A DNA stretch of 64,000 nt from Alphaproteobacteria bacterium (lineage in GTDB: Bacteria; Pseudomonadota; Alphaproteobacteria; MPNO01; UBA830): positions 2,368,001 to 2,432,000 of the forward strand of contig OZ219791.1 of assembly GCA_964291215.2 (NCBI GenBank). The letters are read 5' to 3'. Both the position numbers and the translations under genes were made by a program. Below the pieces are notes generated by a model, which saw only the letters and a program-made list of their open reading frames with translations, did no database searches and was not told where the DNA came from. Position 1 is the first letter of the stretch. Each line of letters begins with the position of its first letter. Below, piece by piece: positions 32,240 through 42,833 of the stretch.

Positions 32240-32594
32240 CGGATCTGAAAGAGCGCGCGCGCTGCGGGCGAGATCGGCAATATTGCCGTTGGACGGAGAT
32301 CACCTGCAGGTGCGCAATGCCCACGGTAATTCCCCAGCCTCCCAAAGTCGAGAACACGGTGGTGCGTAGCTCACTGTCGACCGGTGCGTGGGGTCAGACC
32401 GGCTTGGAGCGATATCCCGGCGGCGGCAATGGTGCACACGTAAAGAGAAATCGGACGAGTGCCGGAAGCAGCGGTGCCGATGCGCTCGGTACAGAATGGC
32501 CGTGCAGACGGGCCGGAGAAGGTCCCGCACGCAAGCAAAATCCGTAGAGATGGACCCCGGCATGTAGCCGACCGCGCTGGATGCAGGGGCTATT

Positions 32595-32996
32595 TCAGGC
32601 GAATGTCGTCACACCTTCGGCGGCCGCGGCCTCGTTCAGGCGCCGGTCGAGGCTCGCCAACGCATAGTCCTCGCGAACCGCAAGCGCCAGATAGCTCGCA
32701 TCGTAGGCGCTCAACCGATGGGCGCGCGCCAGCGCCATGACTGCACTATCGTCGGTTTCGCCCGGGCAGACGATGGGAAGACGGCGCAGCCGCGCCATGG
32801 AAGCGTCGGCGTGGCGTCCGGTGATCCGCCCCCGGCGTTCCGCGCTCAGCAGCAGGTTACGCAACTCGTGCCAGAACACGCCCGGCACCTTCGCCGTCTC
32901 CGCGCCCAGCCGGTCCAGCGCAATGTCGGCCGCCGCCGCGTCCTCGTCCGGCAGAACCCAGGCCGCGGCGACCGAAGCGTCGGGAACGAACGCCAT
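32595..32996 (-). CDS. vapC: PIN-domain toxin
   Basis: 'FVPDASVAAAW', 'ELRNLL', 'LSAYDASYLALA..LASLDRRL'. Confidence 0.92.
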   Translation of the reverse strand: MAFVPDASVAAAWVLPDEDAAAADIALDRLGAETAKVPGVFWHELRNLLLSAERRGRITGRHADASMARLRRLPIVCPGETDDSAVMALARAHRLSAYDASYLALAVREDYALASLDRRLNEAAAAEGVTTFA

Positions 32997-33238
32997 CAGA
33001 GCGCGTGTCCCTCGTGACGCCAGGCCAGAATCTCCGCCGTCGTCACCATCTGCTGCTTCGCGCGTTCCCGACGCAGCGTCGCGCTGAGCGTGGCGTGTTC
33101 GTCCTCGCCGGCGATCCGCGTCACATGGGCGACCGGCGTCGTGCCGCGGCAGATCACCAGATCCTCACCCGCCTCCACCGCTGCCAGCAGCGCGGAAAGG
33201 TGGGTCTTGGCCTCCCCGATCTTCACATGCCGCGTCAT
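32996..33238 (-). CDS. Phd/YefM-family antitoxin
   Basis: 'VKIGEAKTHLSALLAAVEAGEDLVICRGTTPVA'. Confidence 0.92.
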   Translation of the reverse strand: MTRHVKIGEAKTHLSALLAAVEAGEDLVICRGTTPVAHVTRIAGEDEHATLSATLRRERAKQQMVTTAEILAWRHEGHAL

Positions 33239-33356
33239 CGCCTTCCCGCTCCTCGCGCTATCCCCACCGAAAAATTCACCTTGGGGGCAAGGATAACGCC
33301 GCCACCGGCTTGATCAAGCACCTGGGCCGATGCTCGGTTCGCCGGGTCTCCGACCC

Positions 33357-33564
33357 AAACGTCCATTGCCGGGCGGGTCGGCCACCCCGTATCATGAAAA
33401 CAGGTGCCAGCCGCGCGGGCGGGACTTCGGGCTTTTACGGGGTTGCCTACCGGTCACGATCCGCAAGACGGGCGCCGCAGATGGCGAGTATCGGACGCCT
33501 CGGGAGCAGTGCTTTGGCGGGGAGGGGTTTTTGTGCGCCCGATCCCCAACCATTTTCACGGCAA
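33357..33564. repeat. ~206-bp non-coding repeat, copy A
   Basis: Near-identical to the two tandem copies at 43302-43710. Confidence 0.92.
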
Positions 33565-33566
33565 GC

Positions 33567-33908
33567 TCAGCCTTCGGTGTCCGCCTCCGTCCCGTCGAGA
33601 ATCTCGGCCAGCGCGCTTCGCGCGGCTTCGGCGGCGGCTTCGAGGTCGCTCTCTCGGCCCTGGGCTGCAAGTTCCCGGTCCCTGAGCCACGCCAGAAAGT
33701 GCATGCCCCGGAAAGTTCGCCTGATGACCTCGGCCAATTCCGGCGTCAGGCCGCCGCCATGGAGATGGAGATCGTCGGCCGCAGCGCGCGCCGCAGCCCT
33801 GCGCACGAACGAGCCGGGAGTGATTCCGGCCTTCTCGGCGGCCTCGACCACGGCATCCCACTCGTTTTGCGTGAACCGAATCGAGCGCTGGAAGCTCCTG
33901 ATCGCCAT
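33567..33908 (-). CDS. Ribbon-helix-helix relaxosome accessory protein (MobC/TrwA-like)
   Basis: 'QRSIRFTQNEWDAVVEAAEKAGITPGSFVRRAA'; adjacent to the candidate oriT. Confidence 0.7.
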   Translation of the reverse strand: MAIRSFQRSIRFTQNEWDAVVEAAEKAGITPGSFVRRAAARAAADDLHLHGGGLTPELAEVIRRTFRGMHFLAWLRDRELAAQGRESDLEAAAEAARSALAEILDGTEADTEG

Positions 33909-34135
33909 CGTCACCTCCCATGTTCGAGCCCGAACCTGCGTCGCCGCGTGCTCCGTTGTCGGCCGGTTTCGGGCGGCCACGAAGCTGTTTCCCGGTCCAT
34001 TGGCCTACCTGCCCGTGGGCGGCAATCCCGTGTTTCCTCCGTCCCTGGCCGCAATGCGCACGCAATGTGGACGGTACTCTATGAGCATACATGGCGAACA
34101 CGACTAAAACACATTCAATGATTCCAGAGGTTTAT

Positions 34136-34178
34136 CCGTAACACAAAGCGCACTACAGATTCCCGTCATACTGTAGGC
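34136..34178 (-). promoter_or_regulatory. Candidate MOBF oriT/nic site
   Basis: Bottom strand: inverted repeat ctacag...ctgtag followed directly by TGCGCTTTGTGT^TA, resembling the R388 (TGCGTATTGTCT^A) and F (TGCGTGGGGTGT^G) nic regions. Confidence 0.6.
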
Positions 34179-34692
34179 CCTGTTTGTCGCCTTGTGGCAC
34201 CGGGAGGGTTTTACAGGCCACGCATGCGCCGACTGCGCCCCTGGCGCGTCGGGTGTATTGAATCTGCGGCTTCGCCGTAGAGACAGAGCCGAACGGTGCA
34301 GCATTCACGATGGGGAAATCGACGCCGGGGAACCCGGCGGAGGGGAGCCGCCGCGGCGTGTGAGCGGACGGCCTCGCCGGCGCGAGCGCGGGCACTGGTG
34401 CGAAGCACCGTGCCGAGCGGACGGGCGGCAGCGCCGGCAGTGCCGTCGACAGTCACGCCGGCGGAAGTGCGGCGGGCGGTGCGCCGGGATCGGCGCGGAC
34501 GGCGATGCACCCGGGCGAAGCATGGTGCAGCGGCGCGTGACGCGGACGCGGAACGCAAGCGCGATCGGCGAAGCCGGAGCACGAGTGCGGCGCGAAGCGC
34601 GCGAGGTTGGCGTTGCCGCGTCATCGATGTGCGAAAGAGGAAACGGACCGTGCCGCCGCCGGAGCGACGACACGGCCCGCGATGCGTTGCGG

Positions 34693-35619
34693 TCAGGCTG
34701 CGACCTTCATCACCGGGATGCCGAGCTGCTTCGCCTTGTCGACGAGGTTTTCGGTGATGCCGGAGCCGGGGAAGGCGATGACGCCCCTGGGCAGGAGGTT
34801 GAGCAGTTCGTCGTTGCGGCGGAAGGGTGCGGCGCGACCGTGGCGGTCCCAGTCGGGCTTGCAGACGACCTGGTGGACGCCGTTGCGCTCTGCCCAGCTT
34901 GCGGCGATCTTCTCGACGCCGGGGCCGCCGCCGTGGACGAGGACGAGGTCGGCATACCTGGCGCGGGCCTGGTCGAGCCTGGCGATCACCGCGGCCGGGT
35001 CGGCGACGTCCTTGCCGCCGGCGATGGCGACGAGGGTGCCCTGCGGCAGGTGCGCCATGGTCGCGCGGTCCTTGCGGGCACGGACGAAGTCGCGGGCGTC
35101 GATGGCGGCGCTGGTGAGCGTGCCGGTCTGGCTGGCGTGGCTGCCGTGCCGGGGCCGCCACATGTCGCCGGTCTCTTCGCGGTAGGCGTGCGCGGCGGTG
35201 TTGCGCATCTTCTCGAAGGCGTCGCGCCGGTCTCCGAGGTTCTGCGCGCGGTCGGTGACGAGCTCCAGGTCGCGGGACCTGATCTCGGTGCCGTCCTGCT
35301 CGCGCTGGAGGTCGCGCAGGTCCGGGCTGAGCCGGTCGACGCTGCGGTCGAGGCGGCGGCTCTGGGCGTGGAGCATGTTGACGAAGCCCCACAGCAGGCT
35401 CTCGCGTTCGTCGGCGAGCTGGGTGCCGTCGGGGCAGGCGCCTTCGGCGAGGATGCGGAAGGCCTCGCCGATTGCGGTCAGCGCATCGTCCTCGTCCCAG
35501 ACCTCGCGGGGGTCGAGCTCGTCGCGCTCGGGGGTGGCGCCGTAGAGGGCGGCGTGTTTGCAGACGGTTGCGGTTGCGGACTGTCCGGCGGTCTCTCGGG
35601 TGTCGGTATCGAAGGTCAT
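34693..35619 (-). CDS. DUF2493 / YspA-SLOG family protein
   Basis: 'VAIAGGKD..LVLVHGGGPGVEKIAASWA..PDWDRHGRAAPFRRND..IAFPGSGIT'. Confidence 0.85.
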   Translation of the reverse strand: MTFDTDTRETAGQSATATVCKHAALYGATPERDELDPREVWDEDDALTAIGEAFRILAEGACPDGTQLADERESLLWGFVNMLHAQSRRLDRSVDRLSPDLRDLQREQDGTEIRSRDLELVTDRAQNLGDRRDAFEKMRNTAAHAYREETGDMWRPRHGSHASQTGTLTSAAIDARDFVRARKDRATMAHLPQGTLVAIAGGKDVADPAAVIARLDQARARYADLVLVHGGGPGVEKIAASWAERNGVHQVVCKPDWDRHGRAAPFRRNDELLNLLPRGVIAFPGSGITENLVDKAKQLGIPVMKVAA

Positions 35620-36013
35620 GACGATCTCCTTGCGATCGGGTTGCACGTTCGGGGCCGATCCCCGACGTGATGTCCTGTTGGGTCACGCGCGCGCAACGGA
35701 AGCACCTGGGCTTAGAAGCTCTTGGGGCGGAGTGGTGCGGAAGATCGCGTTCGCACCGCCGATGCCAGGCGTGCTCGGCCTCTGACACGCGATCTTCACG
35801 GTCGCCGGCTTTCACGGTCCGCCCCTAGAGCTTCTTGCCCGGGCCGCAGGGAGCGCAGCGACCGGAGGACCCCGAAGGGGTTGCTGGAGAGAGCACGTGT
35901 GGCACAATGGGACAGCACAGCGGGGTGGCGTATTTCTCTGGCCCTGCACGGACCCCATCGGCGGTTCGGCCGGCATGGCGCCGGGAAGGATTTCCGGCCC
36001 TGCCGTCTTTGCG

Positions 36014-36241
36014 TCAGTTCCACAGGGGATGGGAGTCGACCCGCTGCCGGGCGGTCTCGCGGATGCGGGTGCGGTCGTGGAGATACATCGGCCCGCGCGG
36101 GTCCTCGTCGAGATGTATGGCGAACACCCTGCGCCCCGGCCGGATGCTGTCGTCGAAGGCGTGGACGTCTCCGACATGGTCGCCGTCCCGGTAGGTGCGG
36201 GATTCGTCGGGGGCGATGCGGCGGAAGGAGATGGTGCTCAT
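36014..36241 (-). CDS. Small hypothetical protein
   Basis: RBS GGAGA + ATG; 75 aa 'MSTISFRRIAPDESR..IHLDEDPRGP'. Confidence 0.55.
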   Translation of the reverse strand: MSTISFRRIAPDESRTYRDGDHVGDVHAFDDSIRPGRRVFAIHLDEDPRGPMYLHDRTRIRETARQRVDSHPLWN

Positions 36242-36422
36242 CGGGTTCTCCGGGTAGCGTGACGGGTGCGCGAGCGGACTCCCTCTCCTCCTCGCGCGGT
36301 TCACCCGCTTTCCAGCCTCGCTCCCACTCCGTATGCGCCGCGGCGAGACTCGAACCTGCCCGCATGAGAAAAGGGCCGACGCACGAGGCGCCGACCCTGT
36401 GGGGAAGGAAGAACGGGAAGCT

Positions 36423-36865
36423 CTAGAACGGGATATAGTCCCCATCCATCGGGTCGCCGCCGGCCGGCACGGGGCCGGCGTCGCTCGTCGCGTCCGGACC
36501 GGGCTGCGCAGCATTGCCGTTCGCCTTGTCGAGGAACTGGACGCGCCCGCCGGGCACGAGCAGGATCTCGGTCGAGAAGCGGTCGCCGTCCTCGCCCAGC
36601 GCCGGGTCTGGAGCTTGCCATCGATGTAGACCAGCCGGCCTTTCGTGGCGTGCCTGGCGAGCATGTCGATCAGCCCGTCCTGGAAGGTCACGACCCGGTG
36701 CCACTCGGTCCTGTCGATCCGCTCGCCGCTGCCGTTCCGGTCGATGTAGCTCTCGTCGGTGGCAACGCTCAGATTGGCGACGCGCCCGCCCGATGCGAGG
36801 TGGTTGATGGTGACGTCCGCGCCGAGGCGGCCGATGATCTGCGCCTTGTTCAGTCCGAAGCTCAT
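36423..36865 (-). pseudogene. ssb: Single-stranded DNA-binding protein, frameshifted near 36597
   Basis: 'LNKAQIIGRLGAD..ATDESY..TEWHRVV..GRLVYIDGKLQTRRW'; the C-terminus 'DRFSTEI..DYIPF' is in another frame. Confidence 0.88.
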
Positions 36866-37345
36866 TGCGATACTCCTTCAGGTTCGCGTTGATGACGATG
36901 GGTTGCGAACGACCGGGGCCGGGGTCACTCCCCCGAACCCTCGCCCGTTCAATCTCTTCAGGCCCTCCTCTACCCCTGACCGCCCGGAGAGAACGACGAC
37001 GCCGGTTCCGGGAAGAGGCTTGCGAAGCCGTGCACCGGACAGGCCGCGCCCCTGTCGGGGCAGCGGATGGCGCGCTCGTCCTCGGCGATCTCGCGGACGG
37101 TGCGACGCCGAGTTCGGCGAGCAGGTCGCAGCCGAGCGGAAGGTCGAGGGACATGTCGGGATGGAACATGGGCGGAAACTCCTCTGCCGTTGCCCTGCCC
37201 GGTATCGGCGGGGAGTTCCTCTCCTCCGCCCTGCCGGACACTCGCCCGGCAGGCGCTTCACTCCTCTCCACGACACAGGGACGGCGCGGCGGATCGCGGC
37301 CAGGCGAACGCCGCCATCGCCGCCATCGCCGCCCGGGACAGGATG

Positions 37346-38328
37346 TCAGGTCCAGGCGGTGAAGGAGGCGGTGACGGGGGCGTCGGCGACGATCTCGACG
37401 CGGTTGCGGTCGAGCTTCCCGAAGGCGAGGCAGAGGGCGACATCGGCCGGATCGTCGAACGGACCGTGCTCGCGGCCGGTCTCCAGTTCGATCACGGTCC
37501 AGACCGGCTCGTGGACCGGGATGCCCCTGAAATGCGCCGAGCCTTGATACGACCTCTCGGCACAGGGCGCACAGCGCGCCGCCCCCTGTGACGGCGCCCC
37601 GCAGGCCGTGCACAGGCCGGCGGCCCGGCGCCGGGCGTACAACTGCCGGGAGCGCGCGTTCTTGCGCTCCGGGTTGTGGCTGGCCTCCTCGATGGCGGCG
37701 CAGGGGCCGCAGCGCGAGAGGCCGTCGAAGGCCGGCTGCCCGCAGCGTGTGCAGCGGCCCCCGGTCCTGCGTTCGTCATATTGCCGCCGTTCCGCCGCCT
37801 GCCTCCTGTCCCGGCAGGGCTGGCAGGTGGTTCCGCACTCGACGGGGGGACGCTTGCCGCAGCGGATGCAGAGGCCGGCCCCGGCCCTTGCCTTCTGGCG
37901 GCGCCTGCTCTTGAGGCGGGCGGCCTTGCGTTTCGCCTCCGCATTGGCGCCGCCATAGGGCAGCCCGGCGGCCTTGCCGGCGGCGTAGCGGGCGCGGTCG
38001 TCGGCGCGACGTTTCTCCAGGCACGGCTCGCACGACGCGCGGCCCTCCACGGCCGGCGCCTGGCCGCAGCGAATACAGAGGCCTTTGGCGGCCCTTTGTT
38101 CCCTCTTGCTGCGGGTGCGCTGGCGCTCGGACTGCCGGACGGTTTCGGGGTCTCTTCGCGGCATGCCCGCGGCGCGCAGACGGGCATCGCGGGCGCGGCC
38201 GGCGCGGCTGCGTTTCGCGGCGCACCCGGCGCGGGCGGGACCTTGCCGCAGCGGGGACACAGGCCTTGGGCGATACGCTCGCGGTCGCGGGCCTTGCGGA
38301 CTTCCGGGTCCCGGCAAGCCATGGCCAT
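37346..38328 (-). CDS. Cys-rich tandem zinc-ribbon repeat protein (5' part frameshifted)
   Basis: Five 'G(L/R)CxxCG' units, four with an intact downstream CxxC, separated by Arg-rich helices. Confidence 0.7.
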
Positions 38329-38408
38329 TCTCCTCGTCGATGATGCGGGGTCGGGCGGGAGACGCCCGGCCGGCGGCGGGCCGGCCGGACGTCCGGCGAG
38401 GCGGGCGG

Positions 38409-38683
38409 TCAGCCGCGCTGGCGGCGGTCGATGCCGAAGCCCATGGCGTGGACGCCCCAGTACTGCACCCCGCCGCGGGAGCGCAGGCCGGTACACACGA
38501 TGATCTCGTTGCGCGCCGGGCGCCCTTCGGGGCGGTGTCGTCATGGCAACAGCGAATGTCGCCGTCCACCATGGCGCGAAAGCGTTCGACGGCGTAGCGT
38601 TCGCCGTCTTTCAGGCCGCCGTTGAAGAAGTGGATGAGGAAGGTTGTGTCCGTGTTCCCGGGCCTCGGGATTGCGGATGTCAT
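38409..38683 (-). pseudogene. Small hypothetical protein, paralogue of 39363-39692 (frameshifted)
   Basis: 'PGNTDTTFLIHFFNGGLKDGERYAVERFRAMVDGDIR' versus 'PGNTASTFLVHYFGGLDGDDRFVVERFRALACGDIR'. Confidence 0.6.
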
Positions 38684-38870
38684 GGGGAGCGCCTCCGTCG
38701 TGTCGGGACTTCAGGACGGCGGCGGAGACCCTCTCCCGGACCCTCCCCCGCCCGCCGCCCCGCTCACGGCCACACCCGGCCTCCCGGCGGTGCGCCGCGT
38801 GCGGACGCCAGCGGCTTCAACCGCACCGCACAATCCGGCCACGCGCCGCCTCGGAGACCGGACCCCCGCC

Positions 38871-39330
38871 CTGCCCATTGCCCACAAATGCCGTCTGGCT
38901 AGCTGATGTGTTGCCGCACGGCGCTGTCGTCCTCGGCACCTACACACTATGGCCAAGCATCCACGCCGTGAACGACAACGCAGCCTGGCCGTTCCAGGTG
39001 ATCTCCGCGCCGGGCGGGCCGTCGTTGCTGCGGTTCAGGTATCCGCCCATCGCCGCCACGAGGCGGAATGCCTGCCCGAGATCCTCGGGCGGCGGCAGCT
39101 TGCGAACGTGTGCGAAGTCCTTCAGCAGCGCCAGGTCGGTGAACGCGGTCGTGGACGGAAGCTCCGGTTCCGTTCGCGCCAGGTGGGTGAGGGCGGCGAT
39201 GCGCCAGGCGATCACCGCGTTGATGGCCACGGCCCGTTCGATGCGCGCCCCGGCGCGACCGTCTCCACCTTGCACTTGAGGATCCTGTGCCAGTCCTCGA
39301 TCCGCCACCTCAACCCGCCGCACTACCTCG
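38871..39330 (-). mobile_element. IS4/IS50-like transposase C-terminal remnant with one end
   Basis: 'RILKC..IERAVAINAVIAWRI..LVAAMGGYLNRSNDGPPGAEITWNG'; 19-bp end CTGCCCATTGCCCACAAAT at 38871-38889. Confidence 0.8.
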
Positions 39331-39362
39331 CGGGCCTGGTGCAGGCTCCCTCGGGAAAGCGC

Positions 39363-39692
39363 TCAGCCGCGCTGCTTGCGGTCACACAGGAGGCCCGCCG
39401 CAACCGAACCCCAGGCCTGTTTCCCCCCGCGGGTGCGAAGGCCGGTGCACACGATGATCTCGGTGCGCTCCGGGCGCATTGCCTCGGCTTCCTTGCGCGA
39501 GACCACGGTGCGCCTGACCTTGCGCCGTCCCTTCGCGTTCTCCTCGCCGTCCCGGACCGGACGAATGTCGCCGCAGGCCAGGGCGCGGAACCGCTCGACC
39601 ACGAAGCGGTCGTCGCCGTCGAGGCCGCCGAAATAGTGGACCAGGAACGTGCTCGCCGTATTGCCGGGCATCGCCATCCTTGCTGCCGTCAT
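39363..39692 (-). CDS. Small hypothetical protein
   Basis: RBS GGAGA; paralogue of 38409-38683. Confidence 0.55.
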   Translation of the reverse strand: MTAARMAMPGNTASTFLVHYFGGLDGDDRFVVERFRALACGDIRPVRDGEENAKGRRKVRRTVVSRKEAEAMRPERTEIIVCTGLRTRGGKQAWGSVAAGLLCDRKQRG

Positions 39693-40398
39693 GCTGCCGT
39701 CTCCATCGTGCCGTGGTGGAACCCGGCGGCAGCGCCCCGCCCTCCGGTGCGCCGACCGCCGCCCCGCTCACGGCCAGACCTTCCCTCCTGTCGGCGCGGA
39801 GCGGGGGAGGCGGTGTTCCCGACGGCGGGCGGCGGGCCGGCGGCACGGGTGACCGGTAGCTGGAGAGCACCCCGGCCATGGCCACACCGGCACGTTCGGG
39901 CTGTAATCGACCGGCGCACACGCGGCGCGCCAACGATGACAGGAAGGACCGCGAAGATGGGACAATGCGCGGTAAGGACGGCACGCTCAGGCGGCGGAAC
40001 GGGAAAGCGCGGCGGGAGCCTCGACCGTTTGCTCCGCCATCTCGACGACGCGGACCAGTCAGGGAGGCGCGGCAGTCTCGTCGCACTTGTCGTTGTGGAA
40101 GAAGTCCACGCAGATGCTGGCAGCGACCCGCGCCGCGCCCGCCTTGATCGAACCGTGCGCATGGCGCGCGATCATGTCGATCCTGGCGTGACCCTGCAGC
40201 CTGGAGGAGACGGCAACACATGGCGGCCCGGTTGGCGGCGATCAGATCCAGGCACGTAACTACTTGCCCCTTGGTTTCGGCTTGCTTTGGTCGTTATTTC
40301 CCGAGCACCTTCCCGAGCGGGCCACGGTTTCGTGACAGCGGGTTGACACCGCAGACCGCCCCGGCTACGTAGGTCCGTCGTTTCAGACGGGGCTTCGG

Positions 40399-41053
40399 TT
40401 GGGATATTTCGGATCAAAGGCGACGAACGGTCTTTGCCAGATGCTTCTGGGCCTCCAGCCTCCGCATTGTGCCTATGTCGAAACGCACTTGGGAGGCGGG
40501 GCTCTGATGAAGCGCAAGGCCGCTGCGGCGCGCAGCATCGGGATCGACCGCGACCGGCGTGTGCTTGACGGGTTCGAGTGCGGCTACCCTGTGGAGCTTG
40601 TTCACGGCTGCGCCCACGCGTTTCTGGCCGGCTTCCCGTTCCAGGGCGCGGACCTGGTCTACAGCGACCCATCTGCGCGCGACCCGCCGATCGCGACGGC
40701 GGTACCGCCACGACTACACCGAGGCCGACCATGTCGCTCTCCTCGACCTGCTCAAGGTCCTGCCGTGCCAGGTGATGGTCTCGGGACACCCCTCGGCGCT
40801 GTATGACGACATGCTGCGGGACTGGCGCCGGATCGCGCTTCAGGTGACGACCCGGGGCTAGGTCCGCACCGAGATGGTCTGGTTCAACTTCGCGCCCGAC
40901 CGGATGCACTGGGCCGGCCATGCCGGGCGGGACAGGACCGACCGCCAGCGCATCAAGCGCAAGGCCGCCCGCTGGGCGGAGGGCTACAAGAAGATGCCGC
41001 CGGGCGAGCGCCTCGCGGTGGTCTCTGCGATCATGGCGGCGGAGGCGGAGTGA
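40399..41053 (+). pseudogene. Dam-like (D12 class) N6-adenine DNA methyltransferase
   Basis: 'GYFGSK', 'YVETHLGGGA', 'IGIDRD', 'LVYSDP' (DPPY broken by a deletion), 'VMVSG.PSALYD', internal TAG, 'TEMVWFN'. Confidence 0.82.
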
Positions 41054-42488
41054 TGCCGACGGTGAACGGGGCATCGCTGCGCGCGGAACTCGATGACGCG
41101 AAGGCCCGGATCACCACGCTGCGCGCGGACGGCAAGGTGTCCGAAGAGGTCGACGCCGTGATCGGGGTCCTGCTGCCGGGCATCCTGGTGGCGGTGTTCC
41201 TCGAGAAGGCCACGCCGAAGACCTCGCGCAACTCCGGCCTCCCGCCGTCGCAGACGGACCAGACCGCGCGGCGCGCCGGCAAAGGCTCCCGCGGCAAGGG
41301 ACCGAAGGCGAGGGAGACGGCATCGGGCAACCTGCGCACGGTCACCGTCATCGGATCCAGCCCGGTCACCGAGTGCCGGCAATGCGGCCATGACCTGTCC
41401 GCAACCGTGTGCGCCGGACACGAGGAGCGTGTCGAGATCGACATCGTCTTCGAGACCGTCGAGCGCCGGGTCGAGGCCGAGATCAAGGACTGCCCGCGCT
41501 GCCGCGCCCGGAACAAGGGCGCGTTCCCCGACACCATGCCGGGGCCGCTCCAGTATGGACCCGGCATCGTTGCCTATGCCGTGCACCTGCTCTGCGCGCA
41601 GATGGTCCCGCTCAAGCGCACCGCAGCCATGATCCGGGCGATGACCGGACGGCTGCTCTCCGAGGCCACGCTTCTCGGCTTCGTCTCGCGCCTGCATCAG
41701 GCGCTGGAACCATGGGAGGCCGCCGCGACCGGGAAGCTCCTCGCCATGCCCGTGCTGAACGTCGACGAAACCTCGCTGCGGGTGGACGGAAAGAACCACT
41801 GGATCCACGTCTGCTCCGGCGGACAGGTCACCGTCAAGCGGCTGCACCGCAAGCGCGGATGCGAGGCCATCGACGACATCGGCATCATCCCACGCTACCC
41901 AGGCGTCATCGTCCACGACTGCTGGAACTCACCTACGCACACTGCAAGCATCAGCTGTGCGGCGCCCATCTGTTGCGCGAGCTTCAGGCCGTGACCGACA
42001 GCAACGGCTGGCCGTGGGCGCAGAGAATGCGCAGGCTTATCGCGCGCCGGCAGGTCATGCGACGGCCGGACAGGCGCCTCTCCATGCGCCAGTACAGGCG
42101 AATCGCACGATGCTACAGGGAGATCCTGGAGCAGGGCCGAAAGGAAATGCCCGAGATCCCGAAAAGAGAAAAAGGCCGCCGGGGACCGGTCGCCAAGTCC
42201 GATGCCCACAACCTTCTCGAACGCCTCGCCGCCCAGAGACGGAACGTCCTGCGCTTCTCAAGGCGGGCCGACACACCGTTCTTCAACAATCGCGCTGAAC
42301 GAGACTTCCGGATGGCCAAGGTCAAGCAGAAGGTCTCCGGCTGCTTCCGAACCATCGCCTGCGCAAACGCCTGGTGCCGCATATCAAGCTACATCCGGAA
42401 AATGGCGGCACTCGGATACAACCCGCTCGTCGCCATTAACATCGCACTGCAGGAAAAGGCCGTCGAATGTCTCAATCAACTCGAATGA
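41053..42488 (+). pseudogene. IS66 (single-ORF, ISBst12-like) transposase, frameshifted near 41925
   Basis: 'KTSRNSGLPPS', CxxC..CxxC, 'VDETSLRV', 'VHDCW', 'HQLCGAHLLREL', 'NNRAERDFRMAKVKQKVSGCFR'. Confidence 0.9.
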
Positions 42489-42551
42489 TATCGGGGCAAG
42501 TAGTTACCCAGGCACTTGATATTCGTAGGCCATTGGCCTATATGTGCAGGG

Positions 42552-42833
42552 ATGGAGTTTGAATGGGACGAGGCCAAGAACAGTGCCTGTTTCGAGCGTC
42601 GCGGTTTCGACTTCGCCTATGCCGTCCGGGCCTTCCTCGATCCGCACCGGATCGTCGCCTAGGACCGCCGGCGGAACTATGGCGAGGACCGCTACCGGCT
42701 GCTCGGCACAGTCGACGGGCGAGCCTATGTCGTCGTCTACACGGTGCGGGGTTCGGCCGTTCGCATCATTTCGGCCCGCAAGGCCAATCGTAAGGAGGTC
42801 GCGAACCATGAGCACAACACGCATCAGGATTGA
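42552..42833 (+). pseudogene. brnT: BrnT-family toxin with internal TAG (42660)
   Basis: Manual translation: MEFEWDEAKN..RGFDF..*DRRRNYGEDRY..VVVYT.RG..RIISARKAN. Confidence 0.88.

Larger units (their letters stand above)
40256..42507 (+). mobile_element. IS66-family element carrying a DNA adenine methyltransferase gene
   Basis: TIR gtaactacttgcccc / ggggcaagtagttac; 8-bp TSD ccaggcac at 40248-40255 and 42508-42515. Confidence 0.92.

Noticed and set aside
36014-36865. 283-aa SSB fusion protein
   Set aside because: Artefact of the ssb frameshift reading into a separate small gene.
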